NCBI GenBank assembly: GCA_043800255.1
Contig: JAZDNF010000001.1
Coordinates: 128,001-192,000 of the forward strand
Direction of reading: 5' to 3'
Length of the DNA stretch: 64,000 nt
Source: Candidatus Altiarchaeota archaeon
GTDB lineage: Archaea > Altiarchaeota > Altiarchaeia > IMC4 > SCGC-AAA252-I15
Shown here in pieces: positions 44,570 to 55,257 of this stretch. Each line of letters begins with the position of its first letter. The stretch's first letter is position 1. A program made the translations under genes and the position numbers. The notes beneath the pieces were generated by a model. The model saw nothing but the letters and a program-made list of their open reading frames with translations. It was not told the DNA's origin and ran no database searches.

Positions 44570-45778
44570 TTATTCTATTATCCCGTAGCCGATAAGCCTC
44601 CATCTGGTTTCGAATCTTCTGCTTATCGCGACCTTTGAGCCGGCGTCGGCGCAGATTGGGAGTTTGAGCTTGAGTTCGCCTGTTTTCGGGTTCGTGACAT
44701 AGCCGACGGTCATCGAAGTCCCAACACTTAGCATCAGCGGCTCATCCTTCTGTAGTGGTTTCACATGGTCTTTTTCACGGCTTCCGACAAGCGTGTCAAA
44801 CAGTTTGACTTTGAGGTTCAGCATGTCCCTTATCTCAGGCAGCGTTCCAGGCTTTCCTACAAGGTTGCCTGACAGGTTGTCCGCTTTGCTCAGAGATGGG
44901 TCGAGTTTGGTGCCTATTGCAATCAGGCCGCCGGGAGCTGCCTCATCTATGTCGGAACCGCCTGCGTTGAGACTGGCAACTTCAGTCATTAGCGGAATAT
45001 AGTTGTTTTTCACCCTGATGCCAGGCTTCAACTCTATTGCATCGCCGATTTTGAACGTGCCCTGTATCACGGAGCCGCCTATCACAGCGCCCTTGAGCGT
45101 CTGTATCTTTGAACCTGGTTTGTTGATGTCGAACGAGCGGGCGACGTACATCCTCGGAGACTTTTCGAGGTTCCTCTTTGGAGTTGGTATGTGGTCTTGG
45201 ATGGCCTTTATCAGCACGTCTATGTTTGCTCCGTAGTGGGCTGCTATTGGTATTATGGGGGAGTCCTTCGCTATCGAGTTTCCCACGAATTCCCTGATCT
45301 GCTGCTGGTTCTTTATGGCTTCATCCTTTGAAACCAGGTCTATCTTGTTCTGAGCTATGACAACATTTTTGACATCCATGCTGTCCAAGGCCATCAGGTG
45401 TTCCGCGGTCTGCGGCTGAGGGCATGGCTCGTTCGCTGCTATGACGAGGAGTGCGCCGTCCATGAGGGCTGCGCCGGATAGCATGGTCGCCATAAGCGTC
45501 TCGTGTCCCGGCGAGTCCACGAAAGATACTTTCCTCAGAATCTTGGCCTCTTGGCCGCATCTGGGGCATTTGTTCTGGGTGCAGTAGCATTCAGGCTCAT
45601 CGCACTTGGGGCACTTGTAGAATGTGCAGTCTGCGTAGCCAAGCCTTATGGAAATTCCCTTCTTTATCTCCTCGCTGTGCTTGTCGGTCCAGATGCCGCT
45701 CAACGCCTTTGTGAGCGTTGTCTTGCCGTGATCTACGTGACCTACCAATCCTATGTTTATCTCAGACTGCGTTACCAA
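44570..45778 (-). CDS. eif2g: Translation initiation factor 2 gamma subunit
   Basis: [13 protein letters not shown]...ISIRLGY, DSPGHE, QNKID, RSFD. Confidence 0.96.
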   Translation of the reverse strand: MVTQSEINIGLVGHVDHGKTTLTKALSGIWTDKHSEEIKKGISIRLGYADCTFYKCPKCDEPECYCTQNKCPRCGQEAKILRKVSFVDSPGHETLMATMLSGAALMDGALLVIAANEPCPQPQTAEHLMALDSMDVKNVVIAQNKIDLVSKDEAIKNQQQIREFVGNSIAKDSPIIPIAAHYGANIDVLIKAIQDHIPTPKRNLEKSPRMYVARSFDINKPGSKIQTLKGAVIGGSVIQGTFKIGDAIELKPGIRVKNNYIPLMTEVASLNAGGSDIDEAAPGGLIAIGTKLDPSLSKADNLSGNLVGKPGTLPEIRDMLNLKVKLFDTLVGSREKDHVKPLQKDEPLMLSVGTSMTVGYVTNPKTGELKLKLPICADAGSKVAISRRFETRWRLIGYGIIE

Positions 45779-45813
45779 TCTATCCTCCTGAGAAGTTTGA
45801 AGGCTTAAGAGTC

Positions 45814-46239
45814 TTAAGCCTGCTCTTTTCCGGCGTCTGCTTTCTCCCCTTCTTTGGGCTCTTTCTGCACGCCTAGCAGCTCTTCGACGCTCTTTTTGCC
45901 GTACTCGACTATCTTAGTGTTTATCTGGACTGTCTCTTGGGTTACTGCCGCTCCTCGGACTCTCTTTTTTCTTCTAACGCTTCTTGCCGGGTTGTAGCCA
46001 ACCCCGCCTGCCACGAGTATCTTCTTAGCGGCGCCGCCTTCGATTCCTCTCTTCATCGGAAAGCCGCTGCTGTCGCTGCCGCCTGTTATCCTAATCTTGT
46101 AGCCAGGCAGTCCGACGATGGTTCCGTCAGCCTCTCCTCCTATCTTGAGGTTTACGAACCGGTTGGCCTTCTCATCCTTTATCTCCTGCTGGTAAGACTT
46201 CCCCGTCTTCGGGTCTGATATAACAACTTTGAATTCCAT
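45814..46239 (-). CDS. rps6e: 30S ribosomal protein S6e
   Basis: [25 protein letters not shown]. Confidence 0.96.
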   Translation of the reverse strand: MEFKVVISDPKTGKSYQQEIKDEKANRFVNLKIGGEADGTIVGLPGYKIRITGGSDSSGFPMKRGIEGGAAKKILVAGGVGYNPARSVRRKKRVRGAAVTQETVQINTKIVEYGKKSVEELLGVQKEPKEGEKADAGKEQA

Positions 46240-46317
46240 CTTTTTTTTGGAGTATAATGTATAAGACTTTATCTTAAAAAACGATTTATTGGAGGGGATT
46301 GCCTGCCTGCTGATAGT

Positions 46318-49077
46318 TTAAACTATTTCGTCGATGTTCCTGATCATTATCATCTTGTATCTGCTTTGAAGCTCGTCAGGGATGTCTGACACGGTTATTA
46401 TCTCCTTGGCTTTCATCCTCTCAGCAACGACCAGCAGGTTCGAGAGCTCATGGTCGATGCTGAATTCGTTAGCTATCCTGTCCGAGTTCTCAAGCTCCTC
46501 CTGGCTCAGGCTGACTGCTTTGACGTTCTGTTTGATACTATCATCAAGGTTTTCCAGGATATCATCGGTTGCTGCTATCTTCCCGTACTTTCTGAGCTTT
46601 TCGGAGTCGTAGAGTGCCATAAGAGAGCTTCTGTCAGCGAGAGTGTAAACTCTGCGCCTCCTCCACCATCGTGTGTACAGGCTCATCGTTAGAATTGTTC
46701 CGAGGATGGATCCTCCCCCTATGACTGTCTTGTCTAAGACAATAATGGTGGAGTCGACTGGATTGTATCCTGGCTTGGAGGCTTTAACCCTCCACAGACC
46801 CATGGCGTCTACATTGACTATTGCTGTCCCTTCCCGGTTTGTCCTGTAATAATCTATGCCATCATTCGGGCTCTGCACTATGATCAGGGACTGCAGCTTA
46901 CGGCCTAACTCGTCTGCTGTTGTTATCGTGATATTCTCGCCGATGGTTGCATATCCTGGTATCTCGATTATCATGAGCGGGAACGAGCTGAGCTGGGGGC
47001 ATGGGGGGCATTTTGAGCCGCAGTCTATCCCCTCCTCGTCCCCGCTGAATATGCCGTCAGAGCAGTGGCATGGGAGGCATTCTCCTCCGCAGTCAACGCT
47101 CTCTTCGTTACCGTTCAAAATGCCGTCCCTGCATGAACAGGGTAAGCATTCTCCTCCGCAGTCAACCTGCGTTTCATTCTGGTTTAGTATGCCGTCATCG
47201 CATGTCGGTTCCAGTCCGCATATTACGATGTTTGATAGCACCTCCTCTGTGATATATCCCTCCTTTGAGGCTGTTATGTTGTAACGGCCTTCGTCGCGCG
47301 GTATGAAGGCGGCATTCCCTCCTGGGTCGGTCAGCATGCTGTCATATTGGACATCCCCCAGGCCGACTTTGATGGAGGCATTCTCCATAGGCTGTCCATC
47401 ATACTCGTCCAGCGCCCTCAGATAAACCGGCTGGTTAAGGCATGAGCATTCGACTTCCAGTTTTATGTACCCTCTGTCCCTGCTTATTATCTCGATTGCA
47501 TTCTGTATCGAAGCAGTAACCGACGTGTTGGTCAAAGCTGTTATCGTCCCATTGTAGACTGTCTTGTTCAGCCCGTAATCCAGCTCATAGATCAGTCCGA
47601 ATTCGGCACTCTCACCGGCTTTGATGACAGATGTCTGGGGGTTTATGCGGACTCTCGCAGACTGTATCCGCCCTGAACCCGATATCAGGTCTGCTATCGT
47701 GAAGCCTGTTACTGTAAGAGCCTGTGACGCGTATGACGTGAAGACAGTTGATGCGGCCTCCCTCTGCCCCGACCTGCCCCTGACCAGTATGTCCTCTCCA
47801 ATCAGGCACGGAGGGCAATCCCCTCCACAGTCTATGAGCTCCTCATCAGCATCCAGCATGTCGTTCGCGCATGATAGGTTGTAGACTATGGCGTCCGCAT
47901 AGTTTGAGCCTGTCAGTCCCACACGGTCTTCAGCGTTTACGTTGCATCTCCACAGTCCCGTCCTCGTTGCCGGCTCTATGAGGAACTTCGCTGCAGCGAT
48001 GCCTTCCAGTTCAGAGGTCTGATTGGTTGCCGTCTCGTTCGGACTTATCCCCTCTCTTGTCTCGACGTTTGTGAACGTTATATTCACAATCCTTATGTTG
48101 TCGAACCCGTTCTCGTCTCTCAGGGTTCCGTTGCATTCTACCGTCTTTGTGATGTTCGGTTCCAGTACGATGGGATATGTGATACGGACTCCGCCAACAG
48201 AGGGCGGCACATCCCCCAAAAGCACGTTTAGGGTAAGATTCAGGTCTAAGGTTACGGTCGTGTTTGTCGTGAATGCCAGGGTTCCGGTGTAGGTGCCTGA
48301 GCTTGCGTTAGAGGGAACCTCGACTGAAAGAGTAAAGTATGCTCTGCCTCGCTCTTGCAAATCCGCTGTTTCCGGGCTTACATATGCTCTACTCCTCCTT
48401 ATCGTGCCTGCCTGCGATTGCAGGTCTGACGAGTAATGCCCCGCTATCGTCATATGCTGCGGTGTTGCAGATGAGAGCACTATCTCAGCGGTTACAGCCT
48501 CCCCAGGATTTGCGGTTAATATGATGTCGTCTCCGCTCAGGCACGGCGGGCATAATGTTCCTCCGCAGTCGGTCAACTCCTCCCCTGCGTCTGATATGTT
48601 GTTAGAGCAGGCTGCAGAGTACAGAGTAATCTCTGTCACGTTGTAGCCTGATGCGCTCGACTTGTCCGCCGCCGTCAGCTTGCACTTCCACTCCCCCAGG
48701 CTGGCTTCCGGCTGTATGTTAAAGAACACGCTGGCCCTCTTGGATAGGTTGTCTACGTTGGAGAATGTGGTCTGATAACTGGCATAGTGATCTCTAGGAT
48801 TGTCCTGAGAGGACTCTGAGCTATAGTTACTGTTCCAGAGCAGGCCGGACACGGTTGAGATATCTTCTCTGCCGTTCAAGTCCGTGATGGTAGAATTGCA
48901 CGAGAGTATTATGCTGGCGCCCTCCATTATAAGGGATTCCGGCGTCTCTATCCTGCCGACATGCGGGGGAGTGTTCTCTATGCTGATGTTGATAAAAGAC
49001 AGACCCTCAGCTTGGGCGAGGCCGGACACTATGGCAGATAGGAGGATGCACGCAATTATCCTGTGCTTTAATCTCAT
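46318..49077 (-). CDS. Multidomain cell-surface protein (duplicated Ig-like modules, five DCGG Cys repeats, TM helix, cytoplasmic PIN-like tail)
   Basis: Signal peptide; C.DG..N..E..VDCGG.C.PC repeats (three tandem at 46999-47202); TM followed by RWWRRRR. Confidence 0.75.
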   Translation of the reverse strand: MRLKHRIIACILLSAIVSGLAQAEGLSFINISIENTPPHVGRIETPESLIMEGASIILSCNSTITDLNGREDISTVSGLLWNSNYSSESSQDNPRDHYASYQTTFSNVDNLSKRASVFFNIQPEASLGEWKCKLTAADKSSASGYNVTEITLYSAACSNNISDAGEELTDCGGTLCPPCLSGDDIILTANPGEAVTAEIVLSSATPQHMTIAGHYSSDLQSQAGTIRRSRAYVSPETADLQERGRAYFTLSVEVPSNASSGTYTGTLAFTTNTTVTLDLNLTLNVLLGDVPPSVGGVRITYPIVLEPNITKTVECNGTLRDENGFDNIRIVNITFTNVETREGISPNETATNQTSELEGIAAAKFLIEPATRTGLWRCNVNAEDRVGLTGSNYADAIVYNLSCANDMLDADEELIDCGGDCPPCLIGEDILVRGRSGQREAASTVFTSYASQALTVTGFTIADLISGSGRIQSARVRINPQTSVIKAGESAEFGLIYELDYGLNKTVYNGTITALTNTSVTASIQNAIEIISRDRGYIKLEVECSCLNQPVYLRALDEYDGQPMENASIKVGLGDVQYDSMLTDPGGNAAFIPRDEGRYNITASKEGYITEEVLSNIVICGLEPTCDDGILNQNETQVDCGGECLPCSCRDGILNGNEESVDCGGECLPCHCSDGIFSGDEEGIDCGSKCPPCPQLSSFPLMIIEIPGYATIGENITITTADELGRKLQSLIIVQSPNDGIDYYRTNREGTAIVNVDAMGLWRVKASKPGYNPVDSTIIVLDKTVIGGGSILGTILTMSLYTRWWRRRRVYTLADRSSLMALYDSEKLRKYGKIAATDDILENLDDSIKQNVKAVSLSQEELENSDRIANEFSIDHELSNLLVVAERMKAKEIITVSDIPDELQSRYKMIMIRNIDEIV

Positions 49078-50942
49078 TTTATCCCCTTCTCAAGCAGCTT
49101 CCTGACATCTTCAGGCCTGGCGCGTCCTTTGGCTGCTGCCATCACCTGGCCCATGAGGTAGTTTATGGCTCCGGCACCCTTTTCTTCCATAACTTTTTGA
49201 TTCTTTTTCAGCGTCTCCTCCATGATCTTTGCAAGCTCCTTCTGGTTGAGCATTCCCAACTCCCTGTCGTTTATGATTCCTCTGACATCTCCTTCTGGCG
49301 TTTTCGCTATCTCAGCAAGAAGCTGGGGTATAACATCCTTTGCTAAGACGCCCTCATCGATTAGACTGAATATGTCATTGAAATGTTCATCCCTGATGTT
49401 TTCAACATCCACGTTGAACCTCTTTTTGACCTCCTTCGGCGTTGAGAGTATCGTGGTTGCAATCACTGAGGGTTTTACTCTCTCATACCTCTTGGAGTAG
49501 TCTAGTATAACCTCTCCCTTGCCTGACCTGGCGGCCTGCGATGCCAGCTCCCTGGTCAGACCCAGCTTAACAAGTCTCTCCATCTTCTGTTCCGGGAGCT
49601 CAGGCAACGTCTCCCTTATCCCCTCCAGATGGGGAGGATCAATCGGCACCTCGTCTGTCTCAGGGTACATCCTCCCAGAACCTGGAAGCGGCCTCATGAA
49701 CTCCGTCCTACCGTCCTCCAAAGCCCGCCTAGTCTCCTTTGGGACTCCCCTGAGAGCCTGGACACACCTATCTGCGACGTCCTCCAGAGCTGTCTTGCAC
49801 CTCTCCTCGTCGCCCGCTATTATGACAAACGCATCATCACCTCTGACATCAAGCCTCTCTTTTATGTTACTAATCTCCTCCTCAGTTATCCCATACTTAG
49901 AAAGCTCCTCATCAGAGTGGAATATGCCCGGTATCCCTGAGCGGGATTTCGCGTACTGGGCAAGTTCAGGCCCTAATTTTCTTCCAAATAGGTTAGTGAA
50001 ACCATGTAGCCTAAGGCCCAGAACCATGCCCCTCCCGTCTAACGCCCTCCTGATTACAGACGATTTCGTGTTCTTGAACACACCAGTAACGTCAACGAAC
50101 TTCTTTTCAATACCGTTTTCCTGCACTTTCCTCTCCTTGAGAATGTTCCTGGCCTCTAAGAGCATAAGCTGCCGTCCAACCTCGTTCTCAACTATCTTCG
50201 ATATGAGCCTAAGGTCCTGCACGCCTTTCACCTCAACCCTTTCGCCATCCTTTACAGAGACGTTTAGGTCCTGCCTTATGGTCCCAAGGCCCCTCCTTAC
50301 ACTACCTGTCGCCCTCAGTATCATGCCAATCTTCTCAGCCGTCTCCCTCGCATGCTCCTGGCTTATGATGTCAGGGCCTGTCGCTATCTCAATGAGGGGG
50401 ATGCCAAGCCTGTCAAGCCTGTAGTAGACCTTCCCATCATCCTCCTTGATTTTCCTGGCGGCGTCCTCCTCCAAGCATATTGTGGGAATCGTCACCTCAC
50501 CCTGGCTGGTCTCAAGTTTGCCGTCCAACGCTACCAGGACAGTCCTCTGGAACCCGGTTGTGTTAGAACCATCCACCACAGTCTTTCTCATAACGTGGAG
50601 CTGGTCAACCACATGCGCGTTAAGCATCAGCGCAACCTTCAGCACTATGCCAAGAGCCGCCCGGTTCATGGGATGAGGCGGCTCCTCGTCCAATTCGACC
50701 AGACAGTTGGTGTCATCGTAGGCCTCATAAATCAGCGTCCTGTCTCTCAGGAACTCGTGCAGTGCTGCGGGGTCGACATCGCCCAGCTCGCCTGCGACCG
50801 CTCTCATCCTCCTCTCGACCCTGATGTCAGGCTCGTCCTCCCTTATAACCGAGGGGCAGGAGCAGAACAGCTTGCCAGTATCAAGCTGCTGGTGTATTTC
50901 GATGCCGCACTTCAGACCAACCTTCCTATAGTCAAGACCCAT
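49074..50942 (-). CDS. gatE: Glu-tRNA(Gln) amidotransferase subunit E
   Basis: GIEIHQQL, MRK.VVDGSNT.GFQRT, LDRLGIPLIEI, RGLGTIRQD, RMYPETD. Confidence 0.97.
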   Translation of the reverse strand: MGLDYRKVGLKCGIEIHQQLDTGKLFCSCPSVIREDEPDIRVERRMRAVAGELGDVDPAALHEFLRDRTLIYEAYDDTNCLVELDEEPPHPMNRAALGIVLKVALMLNAHVVDQLHVMRKTVVDGSNTTGFQRTVLVALDGKLETSQGEVTIPTICLEEDAARKIKEDDGKVYYRLDRLGIPLIEIATGPDIISQEHARETAEKIGMILRATGSVRRGLGTIRQDLNVSVKDGERVEVKGVQDLRLISKIVENEVGRQLMLLEARNILKERKVQENGIEKKFVDVTGVFKNTKSSVIRRALDGRGMVLGLRLHGFTNLFGRKLGPELAQYAKSRSGIPGIFHSDEELSKYGITEEEISNIKERLDVRGDDAFVIIAGDEERCKTALEDVADRCVQALRGVPKETRRALEDGRTEFMRPLPGSGRMYPETDEVPIDPPHLEGIRETLPELPEQKMERLVKLGLTRELASQAARSGKGEVILDYSKRYERVKPSVIATTILSTPKEVKKRFNVDVENIRDEHFNDIFSLIDEGVLAKDVIPQLLAEIAKTPEGDVRGIINDRELGMLNQKELAKIMEETLKKNQKVMEEKGAGAINYLMGQVMAAAKGRARPEDVRKLLEKGIK

Positions 50943-51001
50943 CGGTTATATATCTGATTTAACAATTAAACGCCTAAATCATTACTGCACTTCTCCACGA
51001 A

Positions 51002-52228
51002 ATGAACGAATATAACATCGACTTCCACATACATTCGAAGTACAGCGGGGGGACGTCGCCTGAGATGGAGCTGCCTGTAATCGCCAGCCAGGCGCAGCTT
51101 AAAGGTTTGGATGTGATGGGAACAAGCGACTGCCTGCATGGCAAATGGCTTAAGCACATGCGGGACAAGCTTCAGCCGTCTGCTGAAGGCGTCTACAGCA
51201 TCAAGGATTCGAAGACGAAGTTCATAGTAACAACCGAGATCGAGGACGAGCGGAGAGTCCATCACATACTACTGTTCCCCTCAATAGAGTCTGCTGAGGA
51301 CATGAGAGACCGCCTGAAGAAGCTGTCCCCGAATCTTGACAGCGACGGCAGGCCTAACCTGCGGCTTAACGGGGAGGCGCTTGTGGACTGCGCGAACGAG
51401 GTTGACGCGCTGGTCGGGCCATCCCACGCTTTTACTCCGTGGACTGCGGTCTACAAGGAATACGGGAGCCTCAGGGAATGCTACGGCAGCAATCTCAAGC
51501 ACATAAAGTTCCTGGAGCTGGGCCTTTCAGCAGACTCTGACATGGCTGACACGTTGTCGGAGCTTCAGGATATCGTGTTCATGTCGAACTCCGACTGCCA
51601 CAGCCCCTGGCCCCACCGCATTGGAAGGGAATTCAACCGGCTGCTCCTGAAGGAAGTATCCTTTAAAGAGATTGTGAAGGCGTTCGACAGGAACGGAGGC
51701 AGGAAGTTCACGCTGAACGCAGGCCTCAACCCTAAGGAGGGAAAATACCATGTCACCGCCTGCAGCAGATGCTTCACGAAGTTCAGGATAGACGATGCTG
51801 TCAGCCTCAAATACCGGTGCCCGGAGTGCAGGGGCCTCATAAAGAAGGGAGTCTCCGACAGGATACGGGAGCTCGCTGACAGAAGCCAGCCCGTCCGGCC
51901 AAAGCACAGGCCCCCCTACCTTCATATCCTGCCTCTGGCTGAGGTGATATCCCTTGCGAAGGGCGTGAAATCGCTTTTCAGCAAGAAAGTCCAGGACGAC
52001 TGGAAACTGATTGTCGGAAAATTCGGGACCGAGATAAACGCTCTCGTCGACGTCCCCGTTGACGAGATAAAGAAGGCAGACCAGCAGATTGGCATCGTCA
52101 TAGAACGGTTCAGAACAGGAAGGATATCCTATGTTGCCGGAGGCGGAGGCCAGTACGGCAGGCCAACGCTGAAGGAGGAAAAGGAGATATACTTCGGAGC
52201 AGGCCAGAAGAAACTAACTGAGTGGTAG
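51002..52228 (+). CDS. PHP-domain/Zn-finger protein (TIGR00375, endonuclease Q family)
   Basis: DFHIHSKYS, HAFTP, ELGLSAD, NSDCHS, GKYH.TAC..C...CP.C, GGGG.YG. Confidence 0.85.
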   Translation: MNEYNIDFHIHSKYSGGTSPEMELPVIASQAQLKGLDVMGTSDCLHGKWLKHMRDKLQPSAEGVYSIKDSKTKFIVTTEIEDERRVHHILLFPSIESAEDMRDRLKKLSPNLDSDGRPNLRLNGEALVDCANEVDALVGPSHAFTPWTAVYKEYGSLRECYGSNLKHIKFLELGLSADSDMADTLSELQDIVFMSNSDCHSPWPHRIGREFNRLLLKEVSFKEIVKAFDRNGGRKFTLNAGLNPKEGKYHVTACSRCFTKFRIDDAVSLKYRCPECRGLIKKGVSDRIRELADRSQPVRPKHRPPYLHILPLAEVISLAKGVKSLFSKKVQDDWKLIVGKFGTEINALVDVPVDEIKKADQQIGIVIERFRTGRISYVAGGGGQYGRPTLKEEKEIYFGAGQKKLTEW

Positions 52229-52231
52229 ACT

Positions 52232-52420
52232 ATGATATCCTATATCCAATCTGCAAGCGCATACATCGACCCTGGAACAGGCGGCATGATAGTAGGCGGT
52301 CTCTGGCCTGTCATAACCGGCGCCTTAGCGCTTGCTGTCGGCCTGTTCATCAAATACCTGCTCAAACCAACAAAGAAATCTGTGGCTGATTTATGGAAAA
52401 AGATACGAGGAAAAACCTGA
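52232..52420 (+). CDS. Small membrane protein with AYIDPGTG motif
   Basis: AYIDPGTGG, one TM helix, basic tail; overlaps the start of the phosphodiesterase gene. Confidence 0.65.
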   Translation: MISYIQSASAYIDPGTGGMIVGGLWPVITGALALAVGLFIKYLLKPTKKSVADLWKKIRGKT

Positions 52421-54333
52421 GATTAACACTCTTGGCACTATCTACTATACTCCTAATTGTCGTAATGGTAAATTATTACAATACGGCTGGCCTCGACATG
52501 ACAGTGAAACCGAAATACACGAAAGTACTGGTTCTTGGCATAGATGGCATGGACCCCCGAGTTGTCAGGGAATTGATGGCAGAGGGCAAGTTATCCAATT
52601 TTAAGCGGCTGTCTGAGGATGGTTCCTTCATGAACTTATCGACAAGCTATCCCCCACACAGTCCGGTAGCGTGGACTTCCATAGCAACCGGAGCCAACCC
52701 TGGCAGGCATAACATCTTCGATTTCATCAGGATAGACCGTGAGCGGAATCTTCCTGTTCTTTCACTATCGGAGCCTACAGCCGGCTTGACTGGCACCTCC
52801 TACCGGTCCTACGTAAGATCAGACCCCTTCTGGAGACTCATCTCAGATGCCGGCCTTCCGACGACTGTCATCAGATGGCCTATGATATTCCCCCCTGAGG
52901 AGGTTAACGGTGTTCTCCTCTCCGGGCTTGGGGTTCCCGATGTTCGCGGCCTGCTGAGCGGCTACACAGTCTATATTACAGACGGCAACTATAGAAGCGG
53001 GGACATGTCCAAGGTCGTGAAATTAGTTGAAAACGACGGACTGCTTGAAGCTGACCTGATCGGGCCGAAGGTCAGGAAGTCGGGAGAAATTGTTGATGTG
53101 AGAACCAGAATCCGGTTCAAGCTGGCGGACGACAGGTCTTCTGCCGAGATCATTGTGCAGGACCGGGCATATCCTGTGAAGGTTGGAGGTTGGAGCGATT
53201 GGGTGAGGGTGGAATTCAATGCCGGGCTTCTGAAAAAAGTCAGCGGCATTTTCAAAGCGTATCTGAAGCGTGCCGACCCTTTTGAACTTTACGTGACTTC
53301 ACTACAGGTTGACCCGGAGAACCCTGTTGTAGCTATCTCTTATCCTAAGGACTACTCGAAGGCTCTTGCAGAGGAAATCGGGCTCTACTACACTCTTGGC
53401 ATGCCTGAGGAGACGAGTGCCCTGGTTGATGGCGTGATAGATGAGAAAATCTTCCTGGAGCAGGTGGCCCAGGTCGAGGAGGAGAGGGATGCCATGTTCT
53501 GGCAGGGGTTCGAAGATTTCAAGAGGTCGGATAATGGGGTTTATGCGTTCGTCTATGATTCCTCCGACAGGATTCAACACATCTTCTGGGACGAGAAGGC
53601 TCTGGGTGGTGACGGTAAGCTGGGCGTAAATCCTGCGGTGGCAGACTATTATGTGAAAAAGGACAAGCTCATCGGAGAAATACTTAATGTTGTGGGAGAG
53701 GATACTCTGCTGCTGATAGTATCAGACCACGGTTTCACGTCATTTGAGAAAGCCGTGAGCATCAACACGTGGCTTGTCGAGAACGGCTTCATGACGCTAA
53801 GCGGGGAGGCCAAGGAAGGTGATGATAGCGCTCTGTTCAAGTATGTTGACTGGAACAGGACTAAGGCATATTCGTTAGGATTCAATTCCCTATACATCAA
53901 TGCGAAGGGTAGGGAGAAGTATGGCATAGTGGAGGACCGACAGGCAGTCGTTGGTGAGTTAATCTCAAAACTTGACACGTTAACCGACCCGGACACCGGA
54001 GCCAAGGTTGTCAACAGGGCCTACAGGCGGGAGGAAATCTACTCCGGCGATTACGTTGAGGAAGCCCCAGATATAATCATAGGTTTCAATCCCGGCTACA
54101 GGATGGCGTGGGAGAACGCCGTCGGGGGATTGAGCGATAATGTGATATACGCTAACACTAAGACGTGGAAGGGCGATCACCTTGTTGATCCAAATTTCGT
54201 GCCTGGAGTGCTTTTCACAAACGCCCGCCTGGTCGGCGACTCCGCATCGCAGCTGGATGTCACTCCAACAATCTTGGACGCTCTTGGTGTCAGAATCCCA
54301 GAGGGAACCGACGGGAGGAGCCTGCTAAGATGA
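52393..54333 (+). CDS. Alkaline-phosphatase-superfamily nucleotide pyrophosphatase/phosphodiesterase
   Basis: N-terminal TM, LGIDGMD, SPVAWTS..TG.NPG.H.IFDF, DRIQH, SDHGF, GDH. Confidence 0.88.
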   Translation: MEKDTRKNLRLTLLALSTILLIVVMVNYYNTAGLDMTVKPKYTKVLVLGIDGMDPRVVRELMAEGKLSNFKRLSEDGSFMNLSTSYPPHSPVAWTSIATGANPGRHNIFDFIRIDRERNLPVLSLSEPTAGLTGTSYRSYVRSDPFWRLISDAGLPTTVIRWPMIFPPEEVNGVLLSGLGVPDVRGLLSGYTVYITDGNYRSGDMSKVVKLVENDGLLEADLIGPKVRKSGEIVDVRTRIRFKLADDRSSAEIIVQDRAYPVKVGGWSDWVRVEFNAGLLKKVSGIFKAYLKRADPFELYVTSLQVDPENPVVAISYPKDYSKALAEEIGLYYTLGMPEETSALVDGVIDEKIFLEQVAQVEEERDAMFWQGFEDFKRSDNGVYAFVYDSSDRIQHIFWDEKALGGDGKLGVNPAVADYYVKKDKLIGEILNVVGEDTLLLIVSDHGFTSFEKAVSINTWLVENGFMTLSGEAKEGDDSALFKYVDWNRTKAYSLGFNSLYINAKGREKYGIVEDRQAVVGELISKLDTLTDPDTGAKVVNRAYRREEIYSGDYVEEAPDIIIGFNPGYRMAWENAVGGLSDNVIYANTKTWKGDHLVDPNFVPGVLFTNARLVGDSASQLDVTPTILDALGVRIPEGTDGRSLLR

Positions 54334-55178
54334 TAAACTTGGACGAGCTTGAGAGCAAGAGCGTTTTCATAATACGGGAGGCAAAACAGAAGTTCAAGAA
54401 TCCGGCTGTCCTTTGGAGCATGGGCAAGGACTCAACAACCATGCTGTGGTTGTGCAGGAAGGCTTTTTTCGGAAGTATCCCCTTCAAGGCAGTTCACCTT
54501 GACACAGGCTGCAAGTTCAAAGAAATATATGAGTTCAGGGACCGAATCAGCAGGGAGTGGGGCATCGACCTTGTGGTGGCACGGAACAGAGAAGCAGATG
54601 CTGAGGGAATAACACCTGATGATGGCAGGTTTGAATGCTGCAACGCCAGGAAGACGGAAGCTTTGAAGCAGGTAATAGAAGAATACAAGTTCGATGCCAT
54701 ACTACTCGGAATCCGACGTGACGAGCACAGCATACGCGACAAGGAAAGGTATTTCTCCCCGAGGGACAGGAAGTTCAGATGGCGCATCTCAGAGGAGAAA
54801 AAAGGCGCAGGGGGAGACGCGCCCTACGATTCCCTGCAGGACACCGAGCTTTCCGGCTGGAACCTATTCGCAACCGACTTCAAGGACGCTGACCACGTCA
54901 GAGTCCATCCACTCCTCCATTGGACTGAGCTGGAAATATGGGAATACGTGAGGCGCGAGAACATACCCACTGTTCCGCTCTACTTCGCAAAGAACGGGAA
55001 GAGGTACAGGAGCATCGGATGCGAGTGCTGTTGTAATCCAGTGAAATCTGATTCAGATACAATCGACAAAATAATCGATGAACTCGATACAACCGACACC
55101 GAGGAGCGCGCGGGCCGCGCGCAGGACAAGGAGTCAGAGTACATGATGCAAAAGCTGAGGAGCCTGGGATACATGTGA
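54330..55178 (+). CDS. cysD: Sulfate adenylyltransferase subunit 2
   Basis: LDELESKSVFIIREA, WSMGKDS, KERYFSPR, RVHPLLHWTE..IW, YRSIGC, ERAGRAQD, LRSLGYM. Confidence 0.9.
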   Translation: MINLDELESKSVFIIREAKQKFKNPAVLWSMGKDSTTMLWLCRKAFFGSIPFKAVHLDTGCKFKEIYEFRDRISREWGIDLVVARNREADAEGITPDDGRFECCNARKTEALKQVIEEYKFDAILLGIRRDEHSIRDKERYFSPRDRKFRWRISEEKKGAGGDAPYDSLQDTELSGWNLFATDFKDADHVRVHPLLHWTELEIWEYVRRENIPTVPLYFAKNGKRYRSIGCECCCNPVKSDSDTIDKIIDELDTTDTEERAGRAQDKESEYMMQKLRSLGYM

Positions 55179-55257
55179 AAAACAACAAAACGACAGCTTT
55201 TTATATGATGGTGTTCATATAATATGTATTATTTCTACTAGTTCTGAGGGGATTTTC

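Noticed and set aside
49519-50424. Long antisense ORFs (301 aa here; also 28586-29332, 12840-13475, 39652-40212)
   Set aside because: Shadow frames overlapping well-supported genes, mostly on the opposite strand; biased composition and no motifs
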